Below, piece after piece: positions 7,681-16,552 of a stretch of DNA of 24,931 nucleotides. The stretch covers positions 1 through 24,931 of the forward strand of contig JANPLU010000091.1 in the NCBI GenBank assembly GCA_031422435.1, read 5' to 3'. A program made the translations under genes and the position numbers. This DNA comes from Acaryochloridaceae cyanobacterium VAR_48_metabat_390. Lineage in GTDB: Bacteria > Cyanobacteriota > Cyanobacteriia > Thermosynechococcales > Thermosynechococcaceae. The notes below the pieces were generated by a model that worked only from the letters and a program-made list of their open reading frames with translations, was not told the origin of the DNA and did no database searches. Numbering within the stretch: position 1 is the stretch's first letter; every line of letters begins with the position of its first letter.

Positions 7681-10600
7681 ATGATTTTTTCTATTTCCGA
7701 CTTTTTTATAAGACGTCCCGTGTTTGCAACGGTCTGTTCTTTAATCATTGCGCTGCTGGGGTTAGCCTGTATTCCAACCCTGCCTGTTGCGCAATACCCA
7801 GAAATTACGCCGCCTCAGGTTAGCGTGACCTCTAACTACGTGGGCGCAAATGCCGAGGTTGTAGAATCCACCGTAACCAATATTTTAGAGCGAGAACTCA
7901 ACGGCGTTGAAGGGCTGCGCTACATCAAATCTACCAGCGCCAATGACGGCACCAGCAGCATTAACCTCACCTTTGAGCTAGGCCGAAATCAAGATTTAGC
8001 CGCTGTAGATGTCCAAAATAAGGTGTCTACGGTTCTCTCTCGGCTGCCAGGGCCTGTCACCCAAACAGGGGTGCAGGTGACGAAAACCAACAACAATTTT
8101 CTACTTGCCATTGGGCTGTACTCAGAGCGTGACGAAAAAACGGGTCAGGATGTCTACGACGATGTATACCTGAGCAATTACGCCGATCTCTACATGGGAG
8201 ATGCCCTGCGGCGCATTAGAGGCGTGGGCGGACTCCAGATTTTTGGAGAGCGCAAGTACGCGATGCGCCTCTGGCTCGACCCCGAACGCCTTGCCAGTCG
8301 AGGGTTAACGCCCCAGGATGTGGTAAATTCACTGCGATCGCAGAACCTTCAGGTGGGGGCGGGGCAGGTAGGCCAGCCGCCAGCCGCCCCTGGTCAGCAG
8401 TACCAGTATTCCGTCACGGCGGAGGGTCGTCTTAAAAACGAAGAAGAGTTTAATAACTTGGTGGTCAAAACCACCAGTACAGGTACTTTAGTTCGCCTCA
8501 GAGAAATCGGTCGCGCCCAGCTAGGGGCTGAGAACTACGGTTCTGTGCTGCGGTTTACCCCGAACGATCGCATCACCCATCGCGGGGTCGGGCTAGGGAT
8601 TAATCAGCAGTTGGGCAGTAATGCCCTAGATGTAGCAAAGGCCGTTAAGTCCGAAATTCAGCGCCTGTCCCAAAGCTTTCCGCCTGGGATGCGATACGAC
8701 ATCGCCTTTGATACCACTACCTTTATTGAAGCGGGGGCAGAGGAAGTCGTGATTTCCTTGGTGCAGTCGGTGCTGCTGGTGGTGCTGATTCTCTACCTGT
8801 TTTTGCAGGACTGGCGCTCGGCGCTGATCACCTCCATTGTGATCCCCATTGCCTTTATCGGCACCTTTATCTTTATTAAGCTGCTGGGCTTTTCTATCAA
8901 TACCCTTACCCTCTTTGGCCTCACCCTAGCAACGGGCTTGGTGGTAGACGACGCCATCGTGATTGTGGAAGACATTTCTCGCCGCATTCAGGAAGGGATG
9001 CGGCCTTTAGAAGCGGCGATCGCCTCGATGAATGCGCTGTTTGGAGCCGTCATTGCCACCTCAATTGTGCTGATGACGGTGTTTGTGCCTGTGGCGTTTT
9101 TTCCGGGTACTACAGGGCAGCTTTATAAACAGTTTGCGCTCACCATTGCGTTTTCGGTGGGGGTGTCAACCTTTAACGCCGTTACCTTTACGCCCATGCT
9201 GGCTGCGCTATTGCTGCGCCCTGGGCAGGCACCCAACAACTGGTTTTTTAACGGCATTAATTGGGGCATTGAGCAAACTCGTGTGGCTTACTCCCGCTGG
9301 TTGGGCAAGGTCATTCGCCTTAAGTTTCTCGTGCTAGCGCTGTTTGCATTCGCGCTGGTGCTGACCTACTGGGTTTATACAGTGGTGCCCAAGGCGTTTA
9401 TCCCCGATGAAGATCAGGGGTATTTTATTACCATCGTGCAGGGACCCGAAGGGGTTTCCCTCGACTACACCGAGAAGGTTTTAGCGCAAGCGGAAGCGAT
9501 TTTGAAGCAGCAGCCGGAAGTGCAGAGCATTTTTTCGGTCGGGGGCTTTAGCTTTAGTGGTGCCACGCCCAATAATGGCCTCATTTTCTGCTTACTCAAG
9601 CCTTGGGGCGATCGCACCAGACCAGAGCAGTCCGTGGCTGGCGTGGTCGGCGGATTTTTTCCGCAGCCGACAGGACTGTTTCCAAAACTGCTTGGCATTC
9701 AGGAGGCAACGGTTATTCCCTTTGCGCCCCCAGCGGTACAGGGCTTAGGAAACTTTGGCGGATTTGAGTTTCACCTTCAAGATCGCATTGGCGTGGGCTT
9801 TAATACCATTGGCGAAATTCTAAATCAGTTTTTAGGGCGAGCAGGGGCGTACCCTTCTGCCCAAAGCCCCCAAATTACGGGGCTAAGACCCACATTTAAC
9901 GCCAATACGCCCCAAATTACGGTGGAGGTAGATCGCCTGCGCGCCAATCAGCTCCAGGTTTCGGTCGAAGATATTTTTAATACGCTTCAGATTTTCTTGG
10001 GTTCTACCTACGTCAATGACTTTAACCAGTTCAACCGCGCCTACCGCGTCTATGTACAGGCAGACAGTCGGTTCCGCTCTAACCCAGAAGATATCAACAA
10101 GCTCTATGTGCGATCGCAGTCTGGCGCAATGATTCCTCTGGGCAACTTAGTCAAAATTCGTCAGACCATTGGGCCATCGGTGATTAGCCATTACAACCTA
10201 TTTCGCTCAGTCGAAATTAATGGTGCTTCCGCCCAGGGTTCAAGTTCGGGTCAGGCTATTTCCGCCATGGAAGCCGTAGCAAAGGAAGTGTTGCCCAAGG
10301 GCTTTAGCTTTGAGTGGTCCGGCATTTCTTTAGAAGAAGTGCAGTCTGGCGGCGCGGCGGTGGTCATTTTTGGGCTGGGCATCATCTTTGTGTTTTTGAC
10401 CCTAGCGGCGCAGTACGAGAGCTTTATCGACCCCATCATTATTATGCTGACCGTCCCCCTGGCGATTTTAGGGGCGCTGGCGGCAATCTGGATGCGAGGC
10501 ACCTCTAATGATGTCTACACCCAAATTGGATTTGTGATGCTGATTGGGATGGCAAGTAAGAACGCCATTCTGATTTTGGAGTTTTCTAATCAAATGTACG

Positions 10601-10959
10601 AGACGGGTCTGAGCTTAACCCAAGCGGCCTTAGCAGCCTGCTCCGAACGGTTGCGCCCCATTTTGATGACGGCGATCGCCACTGCCATTGGCTCAGTACC
10701 GCTGCTCATTGCCACCGGACCTGGAGCAGCGGCACGACAGTCTCTGGGCACGGCGATCGTCGGGGGGATGTTTGTTTCTACGGTGCTGAGCCTGTTTGTG
10801 GTGCCCATTCTTTATATTGTGATTAAGACGTTGGCAGAACGGTATAAGCCGTCTTCAAGACCAGCGGATGAACTAAACCACAAAGAAAGAAGTGAGGATG
10901 GGTTAGCGCATTATCCTTTGCAGGCTTTAGCTGATAGCGACAGAACCCAAAAACATTAG
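7681..10959 (+). CDS. RND efflux permease (AcrB/HAE1 family)
   Basis: FFIRRPVFA, LPVAQYP, AMRLWLDP, and proton-relay motifs GLVVDDAIV, SKNAILI, RLRPILMT. Confidence 0.96.
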   Translation: MIFSISDFFIRRPVFATVCSLIIALLGLACIPTLPVAQYPEITPPQVSVTSNYVGANAEVVESTVTNILERELNGVEGLRYIKSTSANDGTSSINLTFELGRNQDLAAVDVQNKVSTVLSRLPGPVTQTGVQVTKTNNNFLLAIGLYSERDEKTGQDVYDDVYLSNYADLYMGDALRRIRGVGGLQIFGERKYAMRLWLDPERLASRGLTPQDVVNSLRSQNLQVGAGQVGQPPAAPGQQYQYSVTAEGRLKNEEEFNNLVVKTTSTGTLVRLREIGRAQLGAENYGSVLRFTPNDRITHRGVGLGINQQLGSNALDVAKAVKSEIQRLSQSFPPGMRYDIAFDTTTFIEAGAEEVVISLVQSVLLVVLILYLFLQDWRSALITSIVIPIAFIGTFIFIKLLGFSINTLTLFGLTLATGLVVDDAIVIVEDISRRIQEGMRPLEAAIASMNALFGAVIATSIVLMTVFVPVAFFPGTTGQLYKQFALTIAFSVGVSTFNAVTFTPMLAALLLRPGQAPNNWFFNGINWGIEQTRVAYSRWLGKVIRLKFLVLALFAFALVLTYWVYTVVPKAFIPDEDQGYFITIVQGPEGVSLDYTEKVLAQAEAILKQQPEVQSIFSVGGFSFSGATPNNGLIFCLLKPWGDRTRPEQSVAGVVGGFFPQPTGLFPKLLGIQEATVIPFAPPAVQGLGNFGGFEFHLQDRIGVGFNTIGEILNQFLGRAGAYPSAQSPQITGLRPTFNANTPQITVEVDRLRANQLQVSVEDIFNTLQIFLGSTYVNDFNQFNRAYRVYVQADSRFRSNPEDINKLYVRSQSGAMIPLGNLVKIRQTIGPSVISHYNLFRSVEINGASAQGSSSGQAISAMEAVAKEVLPKGFSFEWSGISLEEVQSGGAAVVIFGLGIIFVFLTLAAQYESFIDPIIIMLTVPLAILGALAAIWMRGTSNDVYTQIGFVMLIGMASKNAILILEFSNQMYETGLSLTQAALAACSERLRPILMTAIATAIGSVPLLIATGPGAAARQSLGTAIVGGMFVSTVLSLFVVPILYIVIKTLAERYKPSSRPADELNHKERSEDGLAHYPLQALADSDRTQKH

Positions 10960-10994
10960 GGCATCGAACCAGCATTTTTCTGTCTGAGCAGCCG

Positions 10995-11819
10995 CTAAAG
11001 GGACGGATCGCTGACGTGACTCAGTCGATACCCCATTTTCCGATCTGCTTCAAAGGTTGGCGCAGCAGCCTGAAGCGTTCGCTCCAGGAGCCAAGGCATC
11101 AGACGGTTACACCACACCGCCATCTGTCCCTGCCAACCCACAATAATTTCATTCGCGTCTCGGTTTAAGCCCGTGATTAGCGCCTGAGCCACCTGCTCTG
11201 AAGTCATGGGCACCGCCCATCTAAACCACTTCAAGTCTTTCACCATGTCTGTATCTGTCAGGGACGGCAGAAGGCTAATGACCCGAATATTGTGCGCTGC
11301 AAGCTCGCCTCGGATGGCTTGGGTAAAGCCCAAAATGGCAAACTTAGTGGCAGAATAGGTCGCCATCGTGGGCGCAGCAACCTTACCCATCAGGCTGGCT
11401 ACATTCACAATGGTGCCGCTTTGCTGAGAGGCCATGCGACGACCTATGAGTCTGGTAACGCTATACATCCCCATCAGGTTAATGGCAATTTCTTCCTGCA
11501 CTTGCGGCAGTTTAGACTGCAAAAATGGCGCTTGATGGGCAACCCCAGCACAGTTGATCAAAATATGGACAGGGCCATGATCTCGCCATGCTTGCGAAAG
11601 CACCACATTTGTCTGGATGCGATCGCCCAAATCAACCGTCAGCGGAACCGCTTCTACACCAAGTTCCTCAACTTCAGCCGCCACTTGTGCCAGCCGTTGC
11701 GGGTTTCGAGCCACCAGCAGCAGCCGATAGATGCCCTGTTGAGCAAGTTCGAGGGCGATCGCCCGACCAATGCCACGGGACGCACCCGTTACAAGCGCTG
11801 TTTTTCCTTTAATATTCAT
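10995..11819 (-). CDS. Short-chain dehydrogenase/reductase (classical SDR)
   Basis: TGASRGIG, NCAG, catalytic YSATK. GGAGG at 11835-11831 supports ATG 11819. Confidence 0.93.
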   Translation of the reverse strand: MNIKGKTALVTGASRGIGRAIALELAQQGIYRLLLVARNPQRLAQVAAEVEELGVEAVPLTVDLGDRIQTNVVLSQAWRDHGPVHILINCAGVAHQAPFLQSKLPQVQEEIAINLMGMYSVTRLIGRRMASQQSGTIVNVASLMGKVAAPTMATYSATKFAILGFTQAIRGELAAHNIRVISLLPSLTDTDMVKDLKWFRWAVPMTSEQVAQALITGLNRDANEIIVGWQGQMAVWCNRLMPWLLERTLQAAAPTFEADRKMGYRLSHVSDPSL

Positions 11820-12095
11820 CGTGATTAAAACCTCCAAATCTGAAGTCTCACCGCGTCATCAGCTTAAGTAGAAAGCTGATAGAGACCACTGAGTCTCGCC
11901 GCCACGCCGTGAGAGGTCGTTAGTATTGACTAAAACTGATATCAAGCCAAGATTTTGAATGCCTAGACCCAGAAGTGTCGCGAACCGTTCTGTCTAGGAA
12001 CTCAATGGATTAGCAGCAAAATACCGAATTGTAGACGTGGTATTGCATGATGCATATCTCCTGAATGCAGCGATAAACCTGAAGGTGATTGGTAC
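11820..12095 (-). promoter_or_regulatory. Long structured 5' leader of the SDR gene (candidate attenuator)
   Basis: Paired segments 11998-11992/11968-11962, 11914-11904/11856-11846, 11897-11893/11886-11882 and 11880-11873/11865-11858. Contains a uORF. Confidence 0.6.
12010..12048 (-). CDS. Putative leader peptide MQYHVYNSVFCC*
   Basis: AGGAG (12062-12058) sits 9 nt before the ATG. Ends TGC TGC TAA. Lies between a promoter-like element and the structured leader. Confidence 0.5.
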   Translation of the reverse strand: MQYHVYNSVFCC

Positions 12096-12101
12096 ATGCA
12101 T

Positions 12102-12130
12102 ACCTTAGCAACGGGATCAAGCACCTGCAA
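12102..12130 (-). promoter_or_regulatory. Sigma70-type promoter for the uORF/SDR transcript
   Basis: TTGCAG (12130-12125), 17-bp spacer, TAAGGT (12107-12102) with an extended TGn. Confidence 0.55.
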
Positions 12131-12327
12131 CATTTATTAGCAAAATTCTGCAATCTTGATATGTCTCTACATTTTTCTCAGAATTGCCTGCGTTCAAAAA
12201 CACTGCTTTATGCCAACACAGTAATGCGCTCACGATAAATCTCAGCGTTTGAGCTGAGCCTCTACGCTGGCGCTATTCTGAGAATTTACGGCTTAAATGA
12301 GAACTGGCTGCCCGTCAATCTGCGCTG

Positions 12328-13194
12328 TTAAAGCTGTGACTCAGAACCCAATGGGACTGAAGCTTTAGTCGGTGCAACGCTATTTTCTCGATTTGCCACA
12401 CTGCGCCGCATTGCTTCTACAAATCGGCTGACGCGAATAGGGTCTACCCGATTCTCCACTGCGCCCCCACGCTTAAGGGAACTCGCCACAATCACACCAT
12501 TGGCAGCCTGGATCAGATGGGGGATATTCTCCCAACTTGCGCCGCTGCCAATAAAGACAGGTACGCCCTTTGCGGCATTGATCGCCAGCTCTAAATCTTC
12601 AAAACTGGGTGGGCTTCCCGTTGCCCAGCCCGATAAAATAATGCCGTCGGCTAACCCACGCTCAATGGTTTCCTGCACTGCCGTAGTGAGGTTGGGTGAA
12701 CCCAAGGGACGGGCGTGCTTGACCAAAACATCCGCCAAAATCTTCACGTCGCTGCCCAGTTCGCGGCGGTAGCGCAAAAGCTGATGCGCCTGCCCTTCAA
12801 TGAACCCCTGATCGGTTGCCATCACGCCCGTCAGCACATTGACGCGGATAAACTGTGCGCCCACACAGGTGGCGATCGCCATTGCACTTCTCGCGTCATT
12901 TCGCAGCACGTTAATGCCCACGGGTAGCGGCACCAGCGTCATAATTCGCTGCACAATCAGGCTCATGGCGCTCACCACCACCGGATCAACCTGATCTTTA
13001 GCAAAGGGTGCGTCAAAGAAATTCTCAATAATTAGACCATCCACACCGCCTGCCGCCAAGGCCGCAGCCTCTTGCTCTGCGCGATCCATCACGGTCTTTA
13101 AGCTACCGCCCCATCGAGGAGAGGTGGGCAACGGCAAAAGATGGACGACCCCAATAATGGGATGAGCGGATTTGAAAATGTTCTGTAACGCCAC
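12328..13194 (-). CDS. btpA: Photosystem I biogenesis protein BtpA
   Basis: PIIGVVHLLPLPTSPRWGG, ENFFDAPF, GINVLRND, ADVLVKHA. Start uncertain (GTG 13194 or TTG 13209). Confidence 0.92.
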   Translation of the reverse strand: MALQNIFKSAHPIIGVVHLLPLPTSPRWGGSLKTVMDRAEQEAAALAAGGVDGLIIENFFDAPFAKDQVDPVVVSAMSLIVQRIMTLVPLPVGINVLRNDARSAMAIATCVGAQFIRVNVLTGVMATDQGFIEGQAHQLLRYRRELGSDVKILADVLVKHARPLGSPNLTTAVQETIERGLADGIILSGWATGSPPSFEDLELAINAAKGVPVFIGSGASWENIPHLIQAANGVIVASSLKRGGAVENRVDPIRVSRFVEAMRRSVANRENSVAPTKASVPLGSESQL

Positions 13195-13359
13195 GGGTGA
13201 TTGAGTCAAACTCAGTAAAAGGGATGTCTAACGCAAAACTTAAAAAATGATGACGTGCCTGTCTCTTGAGACGGCTTTGCTTGCTTTTACAGTATATATT
13301 CTGAAGGTTCGTCTACTTTATGTTCCTCAAAATGGCTCCCAACCTTAGGCAGCTTTGCC

Positions 13360-13866
13360 ATGACCGCAACCCATAATTCATCAGCCTTAGCTGCCATTGC
13401 CTTAGGCAGCAATTTGGGCAATCCGCTGGCGATGGTCAAAGGTGCGGTAGAGGTCTTCGCCCACGAAGCCACCACCACCCTGGTCGCACAATCGCAGTGG
13501 TACAAAACGATCGCCATTGGTCCAGCCCAGCCAGACTACGTGAATGGGTGCGTGGTGATCGAAACACGGCGATCGCCCCAAGACTTACTTCATCTTTTAA
13601 TGGCAATCGAGCAGCAGTTTGGTCGCCAACGTACTGAACATTGGGGACCTCGCACCCTTGACCTAGATCTATTACTCTACGATTCCATCGTGCTAGAAAC
13701 GCCAGAACTCACCCTGCCTCATCCCCGCATGACAGAACGTGCCTTTGTACTGGTGCCCCTGGCTGAGCTGTTACCAGACTGGGTGCATCCTATTTCTAGA
13801 CTGACCATTCGGCAACATGCTGATCAGGTAGACTGTACCGGAGTTTCGTTAATCCCGTCCCCATGA
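13360..13866 (+). CDS. folK: 2-amino-4-hydroxy-6-hydroxymethyldihydropteridine diphosphokinase
   Basis: IALGSNLG, WGPRTLDLDLLLY, LPHPRMTERAFVLVPLAE. Confidence 0.96.
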   Translation: MTATHNSSALAAIALGSNLGNPLAMVKGAVEVFAHEATTTLVAQSQWYKTIAIGPAQPDYVNGCVVIETRRSPQDLLHLLMAIEQQFGRQRTEHWGPRTLDLDLLLYDSIVLETPELTLPHPRMTERAFVLVPLAELLPDWVHPISRLTIRQHADQVDCTGVSLIPSP

Positions 13867-14420
13867 ACCCAGAACCCATAGAACCGTTTGAACTCATTGA
13901 GCCACAGATTTTGGTTCGCAGCCGTAAATTTAGCTTTGAGACAAATCGACTGCGGTTGCCCAATGGCGTTGTCGGCGACTGGTCTTATATTCGTCATCCA
14001 GGGGGTGCCTTGGCGGTGCCCGTCACTGCCGATGGCGAACTGGTGCTGGTTAAGCAGTATCGCTTTGCCATGCAGGGCAGACTCCTAGAATTTCCGGCAG
14101 GTACGGTAGAGGTACAAGAAGATCCCTTTTTAACCATTCAGCGCGAAATTCAAGAAGAGACGGGCTACCGCGCCCACCGCTGGACTAATTTAGGCCAATT
14201 TCCCCTCGCGCCTGGGTATTCTGATGAGCTAATTTACGCCTACCTTGCCCAAGATTTAGAGCGTCTTGAAGCCCCACCCGCCCAAGATGAAGACGAAGAC
14301 ATTGAAGTGATCCTCATGACCCCTGCTGATTTTGAGGCTGCGATTCATCGGGGTGACGGCATTGATGCTAAATCGATCGCCAGCTACTTCTTGGCGCGGC
14401 CTTACCTAGAGCTGATCTAG
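13863..14420 (+). CDS. NUDIX hydrolase, ADP-ribose pyrophosphatase-like
   Basis: Nudix box EFPAGTVE...QREIQEETGY, LVKQYR, PGYSDE, DEDEDIE. ATGA overlap with folK. Confidence 0.9.
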   Translation: MNPEPIEPFELIEPQILVRSRKFSFETNRLRLPNGVVGDWSYIRHPGGALAVPVTADGELVLVKQYRFAMQGRLLEFPAGTVEVQEDPFLTIQREIQEETGYRAHRWTNLGQFPLAPGYSDELIYAYLAQDLERLEAPPAQDEDEDIEVILMTPADFEAAIHRGDGIDAKSIASYFLARPYLELI

Positions 14421-14427
14421 CTATGCG

Positions 14428-15135
14428 CTAGCGATCGCCGCATAGTTGGGCGATCGCCCCTTCAAGCTGCTTCAGCCCTGTCAAAGAACCCTGAATCAGG
14501 CGCACTGCCCTACGAGGCTGACGAATCATGCTGCTGGCGAGTGCGAGGGGCTTCAGTTCTCCCGTTTCGGTCATGGCAGCGGCTAAATCTGGTACATCAT
14601 GCTGGGCATCGTCGCTGACTACGCGCAGCATCCCCACGGCAATATCTGTGTCTTGCAGCGCCGCTAAGAACGCATAGCCTTCCATGTCTACCACCTCGGC
14701 ATTAAAGCGTTGGGCGAGAATAGCCTTTTCTGTAGCTAAATGCACGAGGTGATCGCACATTAACCCTGTGACCTCCATCACCGATGGGTTAAGGCGCTCC
14801 TGTAAAGTCTTTAGGAGAGATACATCACAGATGAGAGGTGGAACGGATTGCGACACTCTCCCGTCAATACAGCTTTGGTACAGGATGCGATCGCCTACGC
14901 AAAGCCGATTCGTCAAACTGCCACAAAGCCCGACTAATAAAACAGAGGGAGAACTATTCAGGCGTTTACGGTCTGTTTGGAGCCACTGTTTTAGAAATTG
15001 TTGCATTGGCTGAGGCCCCATGGGCGTGGCACAAAGCAAAACGGTCTCTAACAAACCGCTGCGCCTTAACCCCCGCTCAACCGCCTTAAACTCCGCACCT
15101 TGAGGGACAAAAATTGCGCTAACGGGACAGGACAT
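14428..15135 (-). CDS. Nucleoside phosphorylase-fold protein (PNP/UDP family; HpnG- or MtnN-like)
   Basis: GLCGSL, VVDMEG and LRVVSD motifs. Confidence 0.8.
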   Translation of the reverse strand: MSCPVSAIFVPQGAEFKAVERGLRRSGLLETVLLCATPMGPQPMQQFLKQWLQTDRKRLNSSPSVLLVGLCGSLTNRLCVGDRILYQSCIDGRVSQSVPPLICDVSLLKTLQERLNPSVMEVTGLMCDHLVHLATEKAILAQRFNAEVVDMEGYAFLAALQDTDIAVGMLRVVSDDAQHDVPDLAAAMTETGELKPLALASSMIRQPRRAVRLIQGSLTGLKQLEGAIAQLCGDR

Positions 15136-15434
15136 AACACTCCTTTAGCAAAAGCAATCATCCTAAACCAAAAACCCGCAGGCAAAATGTTTACCATAAA
15201 AAGCTAGACAGTTCCCATTGCTGTCACAAAAAATGAGCAAATTAGCATTCGCGTATGGTATCTTCCTCGGAGAGTCAGCATAAACCCTCTAAAGCCGATT
15301 TAACGGTTCTGAGCCAGTTATGGCAGAAGTCTAAAGTCTAGTTGTGAAGAACGTTGAAACCTTACTGGGTCTCAATGGGTTCAATGAGTGTGGTGGAACG
15401 CGTTGTGTTTGGTGTAGCGCAGGAGTGAGCGTGT

Positions 15435-16487
15435 ATGATTCAAATTGCCCTAGAATCTCCCCTTGATCAGCGGGAAGTCGATCAATTTTGTCAGGAAATT
15501 CTGCCGCAGGTTTCTCGCACCTTTGCGATCAGCATTCGGTTTTTGCCCGGTCAACTGGGTCGTTCTGTATTATGCGGCTACCTCCTGGCAAGAATTGCCG
15601 ACACCATCGAAGATGACCCCAAGGCATCGGTTGCAGCCAAATCAGCCTTACTCGACCAGCTCATCAACTGTTTTGAAGACTCCTCTTTAGCTGATCGCTA
15701 CGCTCAGCTTACCCAGTCTGTGAGCGGAGATCCGGCGCACTTAGAGCTGGTTCACCAAACCCATCAGGTCTTTACGCTCTATCGAAGTTTGCCGATTCAG
15801 TCTCAGCAAACGCTTCAGCACTGGCTTACCGAAATGATTGTGGGCATGAAGAAGTTTGTAAACCTCTACCCCAACGGCCTCCGGATTCAGACCCTAGAAG
15901 AGTACAAAGAATACTGTTACTACGTGGCAGGGACTGTAGGCTACCTGCTGACCGATCTTTGGTATGAGCATTCCCCGTTTGTGAGCCGCGAAAACTATCA
16001 GCTTTTACGCAAGACCTGCGCCGAGTTTGGTGAAGCGCTCCAAACGGTCAATATCCTCAAAGATATTGCTTGGGACGCAGAAGAGGAGAATGCCATTTAC
16101 ATTCCTCAAGATGCTCTAGTGGCGCACGGCAGCAGCCATGAGACATTGCTCGACCCCAACTATCTTGAGCAAAATCATGCTGCAATCAAGTCTCTGGTCG
16201 CGCTAGCCTGGACAGACCTCGATAAGTCTGCGGACTATCTCACCAGCCTGCCCCGTGCGTCTCTTGCCATTCGCCTGTTCTGCATTTTGCCGCTGATGTT
16301 TGCCTACGCAACGCTGCGAGACATTACTCAGTCCACAGCCATGCTGAAAAAGGGCGGCAATGTCAAAATTACGCGCGCTGAAGTGAAGGCGCTTATTATG
16401 GCGAGTCCGTTAACTGTGATTAGCAATGGTTTGGTGCGAGGGTTAATTGAACGGGTGCGGCAGAGTGCCTTTCGGCTTTGGTTTTAG
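15435..16487 (+). CDS. Squalene/phytoene synthase family protein (squalene synthase-like)
   Basis: VSRTFA, RIADTIEDD, YCYYVAGTVG, LQTVNILKDIAWD. AGGAG RBS at 15421. Confidence 0.88.
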   Translation: MIQIALESPLDQREVDQFCQEILPQVSRTFAISIRFLPGQLGRSVLCGYLLARIADTIEDDPKASVAAKSALLDQLINCFEDSSLADRYAQLTQSVSGDPAHLELVHQTHQVFTLYRSLPIQSQQTLQHWLTEMIVGMKKFVNLYPNGLRIQTLEEYKEYCYYVAGTVGYLLTDLWYEHSPFVSRENYQLLRKTCAEFGEALQTVNILKDIAWDAEEENAIYIPQDALVAHGSSHETLLDPNYLEQNHAAIKSLVALAWTDLDKSADYLTSLPRASLAIRLFCILPLMFAYATLRDITQSTAMLKKGGNVKITRAEVKALIMASPLTVISNGLVRGLIERVRQSAFRLWF

Positions 16488-16552
16488 TACCTAGCGTCAT
16501 CACCCATCTAAATCACTACAGTGGATAGAGCCTCGGTCAAAGGCAGGTGCCC

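Noticed and set aside
11292..11828. 178-aa antisense ORF, and the other short ORFs nested in or opposite called genes
   Set aside because: Shadow frames of well-supported genes with no recognisable motifs.
12002..12055. Alternative uORF MHHAIPRLQFGILLLIH* in the SDR leader
   Set aside because: Its ATG is only 2 nt from AGGAG, while the Cys-Cys uORF has a 9-nt spacing.
13258..13275. GTCTC-tt-GAGAC palindrome between btpA and folK
   Set aside because: Too short to separate from chance without conservation data.
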